This document shows positions 8,310 through 18,512 of a DNA stretch of 64,000 nt, in pieces. Made by a program: the position numbers and the translations under genes. Origin of the DNA: an uncultured Prevotellaceae bacterium (lineage in GTDB: Bacteria; Bacteroidota; Bacteroidia; Bacteroidales; Bacteroidaceae); NCBI GenBank assembly GCA_902777645.1, contig CACYUZ010000014.1, positions 1,296 through 65,295 of the forward strand, in the 5' to 3' direction. A model generated the notes under the pieces. That model did no database searches and was not told the DNA's origin. It worked only from the letters and a program-made list of their open reading frames with translations. The number at the start of each line of letters is the position of its first letter. The first letter of the stretch is position 1.

Positions 8310-9944
8310 ATGAAAAAGACTCTCCTCCTTTCTGCAGCACTGTGCCTGCTCATGCCCGCCCAAAGCCTTGCGCAGGACAACGAAGAACCGCAGTGGGGCA
8401 CCCGCTACCCCATGTCGTGCACCAGCATCATGGTGGGCAAGAAAGCCTCGGCCGACGGCTCCGTCATGACCTCACACACCTGCGACTCCTGGTACCGCAC
8501 CTGGATGCAGGTGGTGCCCGCACGCGACTATGAGCGCGACACCGTGACAGCCATCTACGACGGACGCATGCACACACAGAGCGCTCAAGACAGCACCAAG
8601 ATGTACCGCAAGGGCGTGATACCGCAGGTGCGCCACACCTACCGCTACCTCGACACGGCCTATCCCTGCCTCAACGAGAAACAGCTGGCCATCGGCGAGA
8701 CCACCATCTCCGGCCGCGACACCCTGCAGAACAAAAAGGGCATGTTCATGATAGAGGAACTGGAGCGCATAGCCCTGGAACGCTGCTCCACCGCCCGCGA
8801 GGCCATACGGCTGATGGGCGACCTGGTGAAGCGGTACGGCTACGGCGACAGCGGCGAGTGCCTCACCATAGCCGACAAAAACGAGGTGTGGATATTTGAG
8901 GTGTTCGGCGAGGGTCCGAAGAAGACAGGCGGCGTGTGGGCGGCCGTACGCATTCCAGACGACGAGATAGCCGTGTCGGCCAACATCAGCCGCATCTCCC
9001 GGCTCGACCTTGCCGACACCGACCGCTACATGGCCTCCGACAACGTGTTCGACGTGGCCAAGAAACTGAAACTGTGGGACGGGAAGGAGGAATTCTCCTT
9101 CTGGAAAGTGTACAGCGGCGGCAACTACTTCGGCGAGAAGAAAAACTACAGCGTGCGCGAATGGTACATCATGGACCAGCTGGCTCCCTCGCTACATCTC
9201 TGCGACACCGTGGCCGAACTGCCCCTCAGTGTGCGGCCCGACCAGAAAGTGAGCGCCGAACAGGTGATGCGCCTCCTGGGCAGCTACTATGAGGGCACAC
9301 CGAAAAACCTGAGTGGCCGCCACAAACTGCCCAACCCCAAACGGAAAGACAAAGAGGGGAAAATAGTTGAGACGGAACCCGACAGCATCGTGTCGCCCTT
9401 CTCCAACCCCTGGATGCGGCCCGACGAAATCAACATGTACTACGCCATGGGCGACTCGGTGATGAAAAACATACGAACCGTGAGCGTGCCCTGGTGCGCC
9501 TACAGCACCGTGATACAACTGCGGTCGTGGCTGCCCGACGAGGTGGGCGGCGTGGCATGGGTGGCACTCGACAATCCCGGCGAGAGTCCGCGCTTCCCCA
9601 TCTTCTGCGGCACGACCCAACTGCCCCGGCTGCTGCAGACCTGCGGACAGCACACCGACCGCGACGACGCCGCCCTCTGGCACTACCGCAAGGCCAACCG
9701 GCTGGCCACCGTGCGCTGGGGCACCTACCGCAAGACCCTGGAGCCGCTGCGCGACTACTTCATCGAGAAGGGGCAGCGCGAACTGCCGTTCGTGAGCGAC
9801 ACCTGGCAGCAGCTGCAGCAGCAAGACCCCAAGAAGGCGGAGCAGATGCTCAACGGCTACACCGCCGACTTCTTCGGCGCCACCATCCTCAGGTGGGACG
9901 AGATAGCCCGCCAGCTGTGGAGGCAGACGTGGACCGGATTCTGA
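8310..9944 (+). CDS. Peptidase family C69 dipeptidase (secreted)
   Basis: 544 aa. Signal peptide MKKTLLLSAALCLLMPAQSLA. The N-terminal nucleophile context SCTSIMVGKKAS is typical of C69 Ntn-hydrolase dipeptidases. Confidence 0.8.
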   Translation: MKKTLLLSAALCLLMPAQSLAQDNEEPQWGTRYPMSCTSIMVGKKASADGSVMTSHTCDSWYRTWMQVVPARDYERDTVTAIYDGRMHTQSAQDSTKMYRKGVIPQVRHTYRYLDTAYPCLNEKQLAIGETTISGRDTLQNKKGMFMIEELERIALERCSTAREAIRLMGDLVKRYGYGDSGECLTIADKNEVWIFEVFGEGPKKTGGVWAAVRIPDDEIAVSANISRISRLDLADTDRYMASDNVFDVAKKLKLWDGKEEFSFWKVYSGGNYFGEKKNYSVREWYIMDQLAPSLHLCDTVAELPLSVRPDQKVSAEQVMRLLGSYYEGTPKNLSGRHKLPNPKRKDKEGKIVETEPDSIVSPFSNPWMRPDEINMYYAMGDSVMKNIRTVSVPWCAYSTVIQLRSWLPDEVGGVAWVALDNPGESPRFPIFCGTTQLPRLLQTCGQHTDRDDAALWHYRKANRLATVRWGTYRKTLEPLRDYFIEKGQRELPFVSDTWQQLQQQDPKKAEQMLNGYTADFFGATILRWDEIARQLWRQTWTGF

Positions 9945-10017
9945 CCCCGCCCCTACTGCTTTGCGCAAAAAAAATGCAAAAAAACAGGCACAAATGCACG
10001 TTTTCGCAATTATTGCT

Positions 10018-10025
10018 TAAATTTG
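10018..10025 (+). promoter_or_regulatory. -7 promoter box (TAAATTTG) upstream of nadB
   Basis: Matches TAnnTTTG, 35 nt upstream of the ATG at 10060. Confidence 0.5.
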
Positions 10026-10059
10026 CACTTTCCAAGAACGACACATACATCATCGTACT

Positions 10060-11649
10060 ATGATATACAAATATGACTTCCTTATTATCGGCGCTGGAGT
10101 GGCCGGCATGAGCTATGCGCTGAAAATAGCACGCGCCCACAAGGGCAAAGTGTGTATGATTTGCAAAACATCGCTCGACGAGGCCAACACTTCGTTCGCA
10201 CAGGGCGGTGTGGCATCAGTGACCAACCTGGCCGTGGACAACTTCGACAAACACATCGAAGACACCATGATAGCCGGCGACTACATCAGCGACCGCGCTG
10301 CCGTGGAGCAGGTGGTGCGCAACGCACCCAGCCAGATAAAGGAACTGGTGCAGTGGGGCGTCAACTTCGACAAGAAAGAAGACGGATCCTTCGACCTGCA
10401 CCGCGAGGGCGGACACTCAGAGTTCCGCATCCTGCACCATGCCGACGACACCGGCGCGGAGATACAGCGCGGACTGATGGCCGCCGTGCGTGCCAATCCC
10501 GACATTACGGTCAAGGAAAACCACTTCGCCGTGGAAATCATCACACAGCACCACCTGGGCATCGAGGTGACACGACGCACCCCCGACATTGAGTGCTACG
10601 GCGCCTATGTGCTCAACCCCGACACGCAGAAAGTGGACACATACCTGAGCAAGGTGACGCTCATGTGCACCGGCGGCTGCGGCGCCGTGTACCAGACCAC
10701 CACCAACCCCGTGATAGCCACCGGCGACGGCGAGGCCATGGTGTACCGCGCCAAGGGCACCGTGCAGGACATGGAGTTCGTGCAGTTCCACCCCACCGCC
10801 CTCTACAACCCCGGCGAGAGCCACCCCGCCTACCTCATCACCGAGGCCATGCGCGGCTACGGCGGCATCCTGCGACTGCCCAACGGAGAGTCGTTCATGG
10901 AGAAATACGACGAGCGCCTCTCGCTCGCCCCGCGCGACATCGTGGCGCGTGCCATCGACAAGGAGATGAAGATACACGGCATAGACCATGTGTGTCTGGA
11001 CGTGACCCACAAGAATGCCGCCGAGACCCGCCACCACTTCCCCAACATCTACCAGAAATGCCTCTCCATCGGCATCGACATCACCACCGACTACATACCG
11101 GTGCGCCCCGCTGCCCACTATATGTGCGGCGGCATCAAGGTAGACCTGAACGGATTGTCGAGCATCAACCGCCTCTACGCCATCGGCGAGTGCTCCTGCA
11201 CAGGACTGCACGGCGGCAACCGACTGGCCTCCAACTCGCTCATCGAGGCCGTGGTCTATGCCGACGCTGCCGCACGCCACTCGCTGCAGCACATCGATGA
11301 ATACAGCTTCAACGACAAGATACCGGAGTGGAACGACGAGGGCACCATGACCAACGAGGAGCATGTGCTCATCACGCAGAGCGTGAAGGAAGTGGGCGAG
11401 GTAATGAGCAACTATGTGGGCATCGTGCGTAGCGACCTTCGACTGAAACGCGCCTGGACCCGCTTGGACATGCTCTATGAGGAGACCGAGGCCCTCTTCA
11501 AGCGCGTCAAGGCCAGCAAGGACATCTGCGAGCTCCGCAACATGATCAATGTGGGATACCTCATCACACGATGGGCCATAGAACGCAAGGAGTGCCGCGG
11601 ACTGCACTACACCGTCGACTATCCTGTGCACGCCTACGACAATAAATAA
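10060..11649 (+). CDS. nadB: L-aspartate oxidase
   Basis: 529 aa. N-terminal FAD fold DFLIIGAGVAGMSYA, GGNRLASNSLIE, and C-terminal ECRGLHY. The layout is full-length fumarate-reductase/aspartate-oxidase-like. Confidence 0.93.
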   Translation: MIYKYDFLIIGAGVAGMSYALKIARAHKGKVCMICKTSLDEANTSFAQGGVASVTNLAVDNFDKHIEDTMIAGDYISDRAAVEQVVRNAPSQIKELVQWGVNFDKKEDGSFDLHREGGHSEFRILHHADDTGAEIQRGLMAAVRANPDITVKENHFAVEIITQHHLGIEVTRRTPDIECYGAYVLNPDTQKVDTYLSKVTLMCTGGCGAVYQTTTNPVIATGDGEAMVYRAKGTVQDMEFVQFHPTALYNPGESHPAYLITEAMRGYGGILRLPNGESFMEKYDERLSLAPRDIVARAIDKEMKIHGIDHVCLDVTHKNAAETRHHFPNIYQKCLSIGIDITTDYIPVRPAAHYMCGGIKVDLNGLSSINRLYAIGECSCTGLHGGNRLASNSLIEAVVYADAAARHSLQHIDEYSFNDKIPEWNDEGTMTNEEHVLITQSVKEVGEVMSNYVGIVRSDLRLKRAWTRLDMLYEETEALFKRVKASKDICELRNMINVGYLITRWAIERKECRGLHYTVDYPVHAYDNK

Positions 11650-11681
11650 GAGACGGAAAGTTTTTAGGAGGGTTAGACTTC

Positions 11682-13310
11682 ATGAAACTGCTGCATATAT
11701 TGCTGCTGTGGCTGACAGCCATGAAACTGGCAGCCGCAGGTACTGACACGCTGACCTTCGCCACCACCCCCGACGGAGAGCAACTGACGGCTGCGGCCAT
11801 CAGTCTGCCTACGGCAGCGGCCAACATCTATGTATCGCCCGACAACCGCTATATGGCGCTGCTCATGCCACGCAAAGAAGACGAGGACAAAGGGACACTG
11901 ATGCTTTATGACCAAAACACCGACAAGGTGAAATGGAGCATACCCCTGAACACCACGCTCTATGGCTACGGAAAGCTGACCGACCAGCAGCGCCGCAGGG
12001 CCATCAGCCGGCTCTTCGACATCAGTCTGACACGCCACGGCGTGCTCTTCGCCAAAACCGGCGACAGCCACCTGTGCCTACTCGACTACGAAAACGGGAA
12101 GAAACGGTGGGACATCAAGCTGCAGGCCCTGCTCGTGAGCGATTCGCTCGACATCGTGCTGGGCTATAAAACCGCCACAGGCTCAAAGGTGCAGGCCTAC
12201 CGCATCTCAACCGGCCAACTGCTTTGGGAAGGCAAGGTGAAACATACAACCAACTGGGGGTGGGACGACATGACCACCGTGAACGATACCACCCTGCTCG
12301 TGGTGGCCGACGACCTGCAGTTTATCGATGTCAAATCGGGCCGAATGCTCAAGTACAGTCTGAAAACCGGTGTGACCAGCGGCAGTGCCGTTCTCGCACA
12401 AATCGGCATGGGACTGCTGCAGGGTGTGGCCATGGGCGCTATGGGTGCCATGGCCGGGATGCATTATTATACACCCTACTATGTGCCCTATGTTCAGAGC
12501 ACCACACTCTCGCGCACCTGCTCCAATGTGGTGCACCATGAGGGACGCTACTACGTGGCCGACCGTGACAGTCTGCTTTGTCTCGACGCCAATGCCAATA
12601 AAATATGGGGATACGAATTTCCACCCCGGACAGCGTCTTTCTCCAGGCTCTTCCAAGACAAGCAGCACATCTACATGCTCAACTACGGATTCGCCCTGCT
12701 GGGCGGTCAGACGGTAAAGAAATCGGGAAGGCCCTTCCTCGCTTCCTTCGACGCAGAAACCGGAGAGCAACTGTCGTTCTGCCAACTCTCCATGAAAAAA
12801 GACAACATTGAGCGCGCCTGCATCACACCGCAGGGAGCCTTCCTGATGTTCGACGACGGACTGGCCTACCAATTGCTCAACGACTCGGTGGTAAACATCA
12901 AGCCTTGGGACAGCAAGGCCTACGGCCAACTGACCTCCATGCCCGCCGACACGCTCTACGCCTTCCGCAAGAACGATGAGGTGCTCACCCCCCTGCATTA
13001 CGACCAGGACCACTGCATCGTGACCACCGACAAGGGGAAGATGCTGGTGGTGGGGCGCGATTTGGAAATAAAAGACGACTACCAGGCTGAAAACGTATAT
13101 TGGCCCATGGCGCGGTGGAACAACAATGTGCTCACGGGATTCTTCCCCGATGAGGACGGACAACAGCCCGACTACTGGATAGTGCATGAGAGCGGCTTGC
13201 CCAAGGCACACCTCACTATCGACCCGGAGCGGATAAGGCTGCAAGGTAGCATGCTCTACATGACCTACGACACGAAAGTGCTGCGGTGGGACACCCGCCA
13301 CATGGAATGA
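11682..13310 (+). CDS. Secreted PQQ-like (BamB-like) beta-propeller repeat protein
   Basis: 542 aa with a signal peptide. Repeated G..(K/L)W motifs (KVKWSIPL, GKKRWDIKL, GQLLWEGKV, NKIWGYEF) are typical of PQQ-like propeller blades. A Gly/Met/Ala-rich segment lies mid-protein. Confidence 0.6.
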   Translation: MKLLHILLLWLTAMKLAAAGTDTLTFATTPDGEQLTAAAISLPTAAANIYVSPDNRYMALLMPRKEDEDKGTLMLYDQNTDKVKWSIPLNTTLYGYGKLTDQQRRRAISRLFDISLTRHGVLFAKTGDSHLCLLDYENGKKRWDIKLQALLVSDSLDIVLGYKTATGSKVQAYRISTGQLLWEGKVKHTTNWGWDDMTTVNDTTLLVVADDLQFIDVKSGRMLKYSLKTGVTSGSAVLAQIGMGLLQGVAMGAMGAMAGMHYYTPYYVPYVQSTTLSRTCSNVVHHEGRYYVADRDSLLCLDANANKIWGYEFPPRTASFSRLFQDKQHIYMLNYGFALLGGQTVKKSGRPFLASFDAETGEQLSFCQLSMKKDNIERACITPQGAFLMFDDGLAYQLLNDSVVNIKPWDSKAYGQLTSMPADTLYAFRKNDEVLTPLHYDQDHCIVTTDKGKMLVVGRDLEIKDDYQAENVYWPMARWNNNVLTGFFPDEDGQQPDYWIVHESGLPKAHLTIDPERIRLQGSMLYMTYDTKVLRWDTRHME

Positions 13311-13362
13311 CCACAATCACAACCATACAGAAACAAATTAGCAAGGACAAGAGAAACAAGAC

Positions 13363-13788
13363 ATGAATGTAGATAAAATAAGAGACATGGTGGAGCGGCA
13401 GCCCAACCTCTCCACCGCCCTGGGAATGGAATTCATCTCCACACCCGAGCCTGACATCTGCGTGGCACGCATGAAGGTGGACGAACGCAACCGACAGCCC
13501 TTCGGCTTTCTGAGCGGAGGAGCCTCACTCGCACTGGCCGAGAATGTGGCCGGTGTGGGGTCATCGGCACTCTGCGAGGGACGCATCTGCGTGGGCATCA
13601 GCGTGAGCGGAAGTCATGTGAAGGCCGTCTCCGAGGGCGACACCGTGACCGCCACCGCCCGTCTGGTGCAGAAAGGACGCCAGCTGCATGTGTGGTGCGT
13701 CGACATCACCAACACCGCCGGCGAGCTCATCAGCACCGTCCAGGTGACCAACTATATCATCACTCCCAAGAAAACATCTGAGGAATAA
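13363..13788 (+). CDS. PaaI-family hotdog-fold thioesterase, likely 1,4-dihydroxy-2-naphthoyl-CoA hydrolase
   Basis: 141 aa. The motif FGFLSGGASLALAEN is typical of PaaI/4HBT-type thioesterases. It sits 5 nt upstream of menF. Confidence 0.75.
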   Translation: MNVDKIRDMVERQPNLSTALGMEFISTPEPDICVARMKVDERNRQPFGFLSGGASLALAENVAGVGSSALCEGRICVGISVSGSHVKAVSEGDTVTATARLVQKGRQLHVWCVDITNTAGELISTVQVTNYIITPKKTSEE

Positions 13789-13792
13789 TACT

Positions 13793-14911
13793 ATGCCAGC
13801 CTACGCTCTCTACCGGCTGCCTTACAGCCAAGAGGCCACTTTCATGGCCCAGACCACAGGCGAGCCCGACGAACTGCCCTCCTGCTCCTCGCTCAACGGA
13901 CGCGAGGGATTCGTGATGGCACCTTTCAGCGCCGACAAGCAGCACCCCTTCCTGCTGCTGCAGCCCGACACGACGGTGACGCTGCCCGTCCTCCAACTGA
14001 CCGGGGGGAGCAGCGTGGCCGCCTTCATCAGTGCCCATACCCATGGACGGCCCGCCACCGAACGGCCGCTGCAGGGCGACCTGCGCCACTACTCCATCGA
14101 TTTCGCCAACTTCCACTCGCACATCCTGCAGGGCGAGTTCTCAAAAATCGTGCTGGCACGACAGGCACGCGAGCCGCTCAAGGCCGGTCTCTCCCCCCTG
14201 CAACTGTTCCTAAAAGCCTGTCAGGCCTATCCGCGACTCTTTATCGCACTGATATCGACCCGCCGCGGCGGCACCTGGCTCATGTCCACGCCCGAGATAC
14301 TGCTCAGTGGCAAGGAGAAGGAGTGGAGCACCATGTCGCTGGCCGGCACCATGCGGCTCACCGGACAACAGCTCAACTTCGACGTGCCGCCCTCGATTGA
14401 GGGATACAGCACACCCGCCCACGGCAATCCCGACATACGGTGGGGCATCAAGGACATCCAGGAACAGCGGTTCGTGTCGACCTATATCACCGAGTGTCTG
14501 GAACGGTATGCCACCTCGCTCCACGAGCACGGCCCCTACACCATGCGGGCCGGCGACTTGGTGCACCTACGCAGCGACTTCGCCTTCACACTGCCCGACT
14601 GCAGCCACCTGGGCGACCTGCTGCAGACACTCTACCCCACCCCTGCGGTGTGCGGTGTGCCCAAAGATGCGGCACGCGACTTCATCCTGCGCAATGAGTA
14701 TGCCTCTCGCAGCTACTACAGCGGTTTTGCCGGTCCGCTCTACCCTGAGGCCGGCACCCATCTCTATGTGAGCCTGCGCTGCATGCGCATCGACAGCGAC
14801 GGCTACAGCCTCTTCGCCGGCGGCGGTCTGCTGGCCGACAGCGTGATGAAGCAGGAATGGGAAGAAACCGAAGCCAAACTGCACACCATGAGGGCTCTTC
14901 TGGAAGAATAA
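13793..14911 (+). CDS. menF: Isochorismate synthase
   Basis: 372 aa. Chorismate-binding C-terminal signatures TPAVCGVPK, YSGFAGP, VSLRCM and AGGGLLADS..EWEETEAK. Followed by menD. Confidence 0.85.
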   Translation: MPAYALYRLPYSQEATFMAQTTGEPDELPSCSSLNGREGFVMAPFSADKQHPFLLLQPDTTVTLPVLQLTGGSSVAAFISAHTHGRPATERPLQGDLRHYSIDFANFHSHILQGEFSKIVLARQAREPLKAGLSPLQLFLKACQAYPRLFIALISTRRGGTWLMSTPEILLSGKEKEWSTMSLAGTMRLTGQQLNFDVPPSIEGYSTPAHGNPDIRWGIKDIQEQRFVSTYITECLERYATSLHEHGPYTMRAGDLVHLRSDFAFTLPDCSHLGDLLQTLYPTPAVCGVPKDAARDFILRNEYASRSYYSGFAGPLYPEAGTHLYVSLRCMRIDSDGYSLFAGGGLLADSVMKQEWEETEAKLHTMRALLEE

Positions 14912-14936
14912 GAAAGAATTCGTATCAATCCCGACC

Positions 14937-16586
14937 ATGTATTCCGACCATCCCAGCGTAAACATCCTGACCGCCCTGCTCGTGAACCACGGAGTGAGCC
15001 ATGTGGTGGTGTGTCCGGGCAGCCGCAACGCTCCTATCGTGCACAACCTGGAGCAGTGTCCGCACATCCACTGCTACGGGGTGACCGACGAGCGCAGTGC
15101 CGGCTTCTATGCCCTCGGACTGGCACAGGCCACCGGCAAGGCGGCGGCCGTGTGCGTGACATCGGGCTCCGCACTGCTGGGCGTGCTGCCAGCCGTGGTG
15201 GAGGCCGCCTTCCAGCATGTGCCGGTGGTGGTGATATCGGCCGACCGGCCGGGTGCATGGATAGGACAGCTCGACGGGCAGACCCTGCCACAGCCCGATG
15301 CGCTGCGCGGATGGGTGCGTTGCGCTGTCACACTGCCCGAACGCAACGATGAAGAAGGGCGCTGGCATACCAACCGCCTCATCAACGATGCGCTCACCGC
15401 CCTGTGGCGCGGCGGCTGCGGCCCCGTGCATATCAATGTGCCGCTGAGCGAACCGCTCTTTGGCTTCAACACACCACAACTGCCCCAAGAGCGCATCGTC
15501 GACTGCCTCTCCGCCCGACAAGCCGCTCCCGACCTCACCCCGCTGGCCGAACGCTGGCGGCAGACGCGCCGCCGGATGGTGGTAGTGGGACAAATGCCGC
15601 CCGATGAGTTGGAGCCCGGCGTGATGCGCCGCATAGGCCAGGAGGCAATAATTGTGCACGAGGCGCTGAGCGGTGTGGAGGGCGGTGTGGCCCATCCCGA
15701 CGAGGTGGTGGCCCGACTCAGCACAGTGCCCGAGGCCCGACCCGACCTGATTGTCTATCTGGGCGGCACACTGGTGAGCAAGCCCCTGAAACGCTATCTG
15801 AGAACACTGAACGACAGCGAGCAGTGGCGTGTGGAGACCGACGGCAGCATGCCCGACACCTTCGGCCATCTCACAGCACTCATAGAGGGCGCACCGGCCG
15901 CCGTGCTGCGCCGTATGGCCGAAGAAATGTGTGCCCATGAGGCCGGCTCCGAAGAGCAGCCCCACTTCTCACACCTGTGGCTGACCACCGAGAATCAGGT
16001 GGCGGCACAGCTGGACCGTCAGACATTACCCTACTCGCAAGCCGCCGTGGTGCAGTATCTGGAGCAGCAATTAGGCTCCGGCACCGGCTGGCAGACCCAC
16101 TACGCCAACAGCTCGGCCGTCAGGCTGGGCATCCGCTATGCCCGCCACCACATCTGGTGCAACCGCGGCGTGAACGGCATAGAGGGAAGCATTTCCACGG
16201 CCGCCGGTTTTTCCTTGGCCAGCCCCGACAAGGTGCTCTGTGTGACCGGCGATCTCAGTTTCTTCTACGACCAGAATGCGCTTTGGCCCGAATTATTGGA
16301 CGGCCGACTCCGCCTCCTACTGCTCAACAACGGCTGTGGAGGCATTTTCAGCCGGCTGCCGGGTCTGGAGGCCAGTCCTTCCGCCAGCACCGTGATTTCA
16401 GGTGCCCACCATGCCACGGCACAGGGCATCTGCGCACAGTGGGGCATCGGCTATCAGCAGGCCCACGACATGACAAGCGCCAAGCAGGGCATCGACGCCC
16501 TGCTCTCCGACGGACAGGAGCGGCCCATGCTGCTGGAAGTCTTCACTACCACCCAGCAAGACAATGCCGCTCTCCAACTGGGATAA
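14937..16586 (+). CDS. menD: 2-succinyl-5-enolpyruvyl-6-hydroxy-3-cyclohexene-1-carboxylate (SEPHCHC) synthase
   Basis: 549 aa. N-terminal VVVCPGSRNAP and the ThDP-binding motif GDLSFFYDQNAL...LLLNNGCGGIF. Confidence 0.9.
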   Translation: MYSDHPSVNILTALLVNHGVSHVVVCPGSRNAPIVHNLEQCPHIHCYGVTDERSAGFYALGLAQATGKAAAVCVTSGSALLGVLPAVVEAAFQHVPVVVISADRPGAWIGQLDGQTLPQPDALRGWVRCAVTLPERNDEEGRWHTNRLINDALTALWRGGCGPVHINVPLSEPLFGFNTPQLPQERIVDCLSARQAAPDLTPLAERWRQTRRRMVVVGQMPPDELEPGVMRRIGQEAIIVHEALSGVEGGVAHPDEVVARLSTVPEARPDLIVYLGGTLVSKPLKRYLRTLNDSEQWRVETDGSMPDTFGHLTALIEGAPAAVLRRMAEEMCAHEAGSEEQPHFSHLWLTTENQVAAQLDRQTLPYSQAAVVQYLEQQLGSGTGWQTHYANSSAVRLGIRYARHHIWCNRGVNGIEGSISTAAGFSLASPDKVLCVTGDLSFFYDQNALWPELLDGRLRLLLLNNGCGGIFSRLPGLEASPSASTVISGAHHATAQGICAQWGIGYQQAHDMTSAKQGIDALLSDGQERPMLLEVFTTTQQDNAALQLG

Positions 16587-16625
16587 ACCTCTATTCTCTT
16601 TTTTCAGTCCTAAACCTCCTTCACC

Positions 16626-18512
16626 ATGACACAAGAAGAAAACAGGTTGCTCAACAAGAGTGCCATCGTGAGCCGGGAAATCACACGCCTCGCCGGTGAA
16701 TACAATAAGACCATCGGCCATATCGCACCCGTCATGGCCCAACTCACCAAGGCAGAAAACCGTTCCAGAGAGTATGAGAACGGTTCGTTCATCGTGCTCG
16801 TGGTGGGGCCGGTGAAGTCGGGCAAGAGCACATTGGTCAACTTGATAGCCAATGCCTACGTCAGTCCTACCCATTTTCTGGAATGCACGGTGCGCCCCTC
16901 CATCATCTCGCAGCGCCGAGCCGGCGAGGAGTGCCGAATAACCGTGTTCACCAGCGAGGAACCCACCAACCGGGTGGAACAAATCGACGCCATCATCGAC
17001 ACCCTGCGCGGCATGGAGAAGGAGGCCTCGCTCCACAGCATCAAGAAGAGCCAGTTCGACCTTACACCTGAAAACATCAAGGAAAAGGTGGAACTCGGAC
17101 TGAAAGAGAGTCTCTCATCGGAAACGCTGCTCACCTCCATCACCACCCCGGGCGGCAAACTGATGAAGCAGGATGTGTTCATCATCGACATGCCGGGCTT
17201 CGACGGCGAGTATGCCAACATCGACAATCCTGTATACGACACCATCGCACAGCGCGCCGACCTGATTATCTTCGTGCAAAGCTCCAATTCGGCCATCTCG
17301 AAGGTGTCGGGACAGTTTCTCAAAAAACTGGCCGACAACAACAAGGATGTGCCGGTGTGCCTAATTCACAATGTGTTCGACTCGTCGTGGTGGCGGCCGG
17401 AAGCGGAACGGGCCGCCACAGCACAGGACCAGAAGGAGTTTGCCATCAACGAAATACGCAAACAGGGTTTCAACATCGACGAGCGCCAATGCTTCAGCAT
17501 CAACTTAGGGATGGTGCACGACGGACGCAAGCCGGCCTATGCCGCCACCCCGGCACTGGCCCGTGAAACAGCCGAATACGAGCGGATAGAGGGGGTGCTC
17601 TACGACCGCGTGATAAACCGGCGCGACGCCATGCGGCTGTATGTGTGCCTGAGCCGCACCCGACAGCAGATAGAGAAAACCCTGGCCGCCATAGACCAGG
17701 AAACCGCCCGCCGCTCACTGCTCGCAGAGCGCTACAAGCATGCTGAGAGCGAGTTTGCCAAGACCGCGGGTGCGCCCGACCTTCTTTCCTGTCTGCCACC
17801 GGTGACGGTAGACTATGCAGTGCTCAACGCCATTGTGCGCGATGAGGCACGGCGGCGCATTGCCCTCGTCGATACCAGCAACAACCATACGGGAAACGCC
17901 GCCGCAAGGGGCATCGTGGAAGATTTCATCGCCGAATGCGAGAACAGCATCGCCGCCTCGCTGGGCAGGGTGCTGTCGCTCGACCAAAAAGAAGAGGCGC
18001 TCTACCTGGCCTGCAAAAGCCGCATCGGCGATATCAAGGAGGCGGTGGTAGCTTGCGGCGCGCAACCAGCGAAAATCGATATCGAGCGCATCGCTCTTGA
18101 TACGATTCCGTCGGTTTCGCTCTCTGAGGGTATCGACCTGAGGCTTCTCATCCCCTACAAGACCATGATACCCATGATTGTGGCCCGTTTCGGCGGACAC
18201 TCGGCCGAGGATGTGGTAAGCTACATCAACAAGACGGCCGAAAGCCTGGCCGGATCGGCAGCGGGCGACTCCGGCCATACAGAAGGATATATCGCCAAGG
18301 AAGGCGGTGCCGTGAAACCCCTGCTCGACCAGGTGAACCTGTGTCTGGAGAGTGCGGCCGCCGATTATGGCGAGACCTGCCTCCGCTACTGGCAGCAGAG
18401 CCGCGACACCGTACTCAACGACATCATCGCCGACAAAGAAGCCTTCGACGAGGAGACTCTGGAGTTGGAGAAACTGAAAGAAGCATTGCAAAAAACAATC
18501 CTGCAGATATGA
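16626..18512 (+). CDS. Dynamin-family (bacterial dynamin-like) GTPase
   Basis: 628 aa. G1 is VVGPVKSGKSTLVN and G3 is IIDMPGFDG. A long helical C-terminal stalk follows. The stop overlaps the next start (ATGA at 18509-18512). Confidence 0.75.
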   Translation: MTQEENRLLNKSAIVSREITRLAGEYNKTIGHIAPVMAQLTKAENRSREYENGSFIVLVVGPVKSGKSTLVNLIANAYVSPTHFLECTVRPSIISQRRAGEECRITVFTSEEPTNRVEQIDAIIDTLRGMEKEASLHSIKKSQFDLTPENIKEKVELGLKESLSSETLLTSITTPGGKLMKQDVFIIDMPGFDGEYANIDNPVYDTIAQRADLIIFVQSSNSAISKVSGQFLKKLADNNKDVPVCLIHNVFDSSWWRPEAERAATAQDQKEFAINEIRKQGFNIDERQCFSINLGMVHDGRKPAYAATPALARETAEYERIEGVLYDRVINRRDAMRLYVCLSRTRQQIEKTLAAIDQETARRSLLAERYKHAESEFAKTAGAPDLLSCLPPVTVDYAVLNAIVRDEARRRIALVDTSNNHTGNAAARGIVEDFIAECENSIAASLGRVLSLDQKEEALYLACKSRIGDIKEAVVACGAQPAKIDIERIALDTIPSVSLSEGIDLRLLIPYKTMIPMIVARFGGHSAEDVVSYINKTAESLAGSAAGDSGHTEGYIAKEGGAVKPLLDQVNLCLESAAADYGETCLRYWQQSRDTVLNDIIADKEAFDEETLELEKLKEALQKTILQI

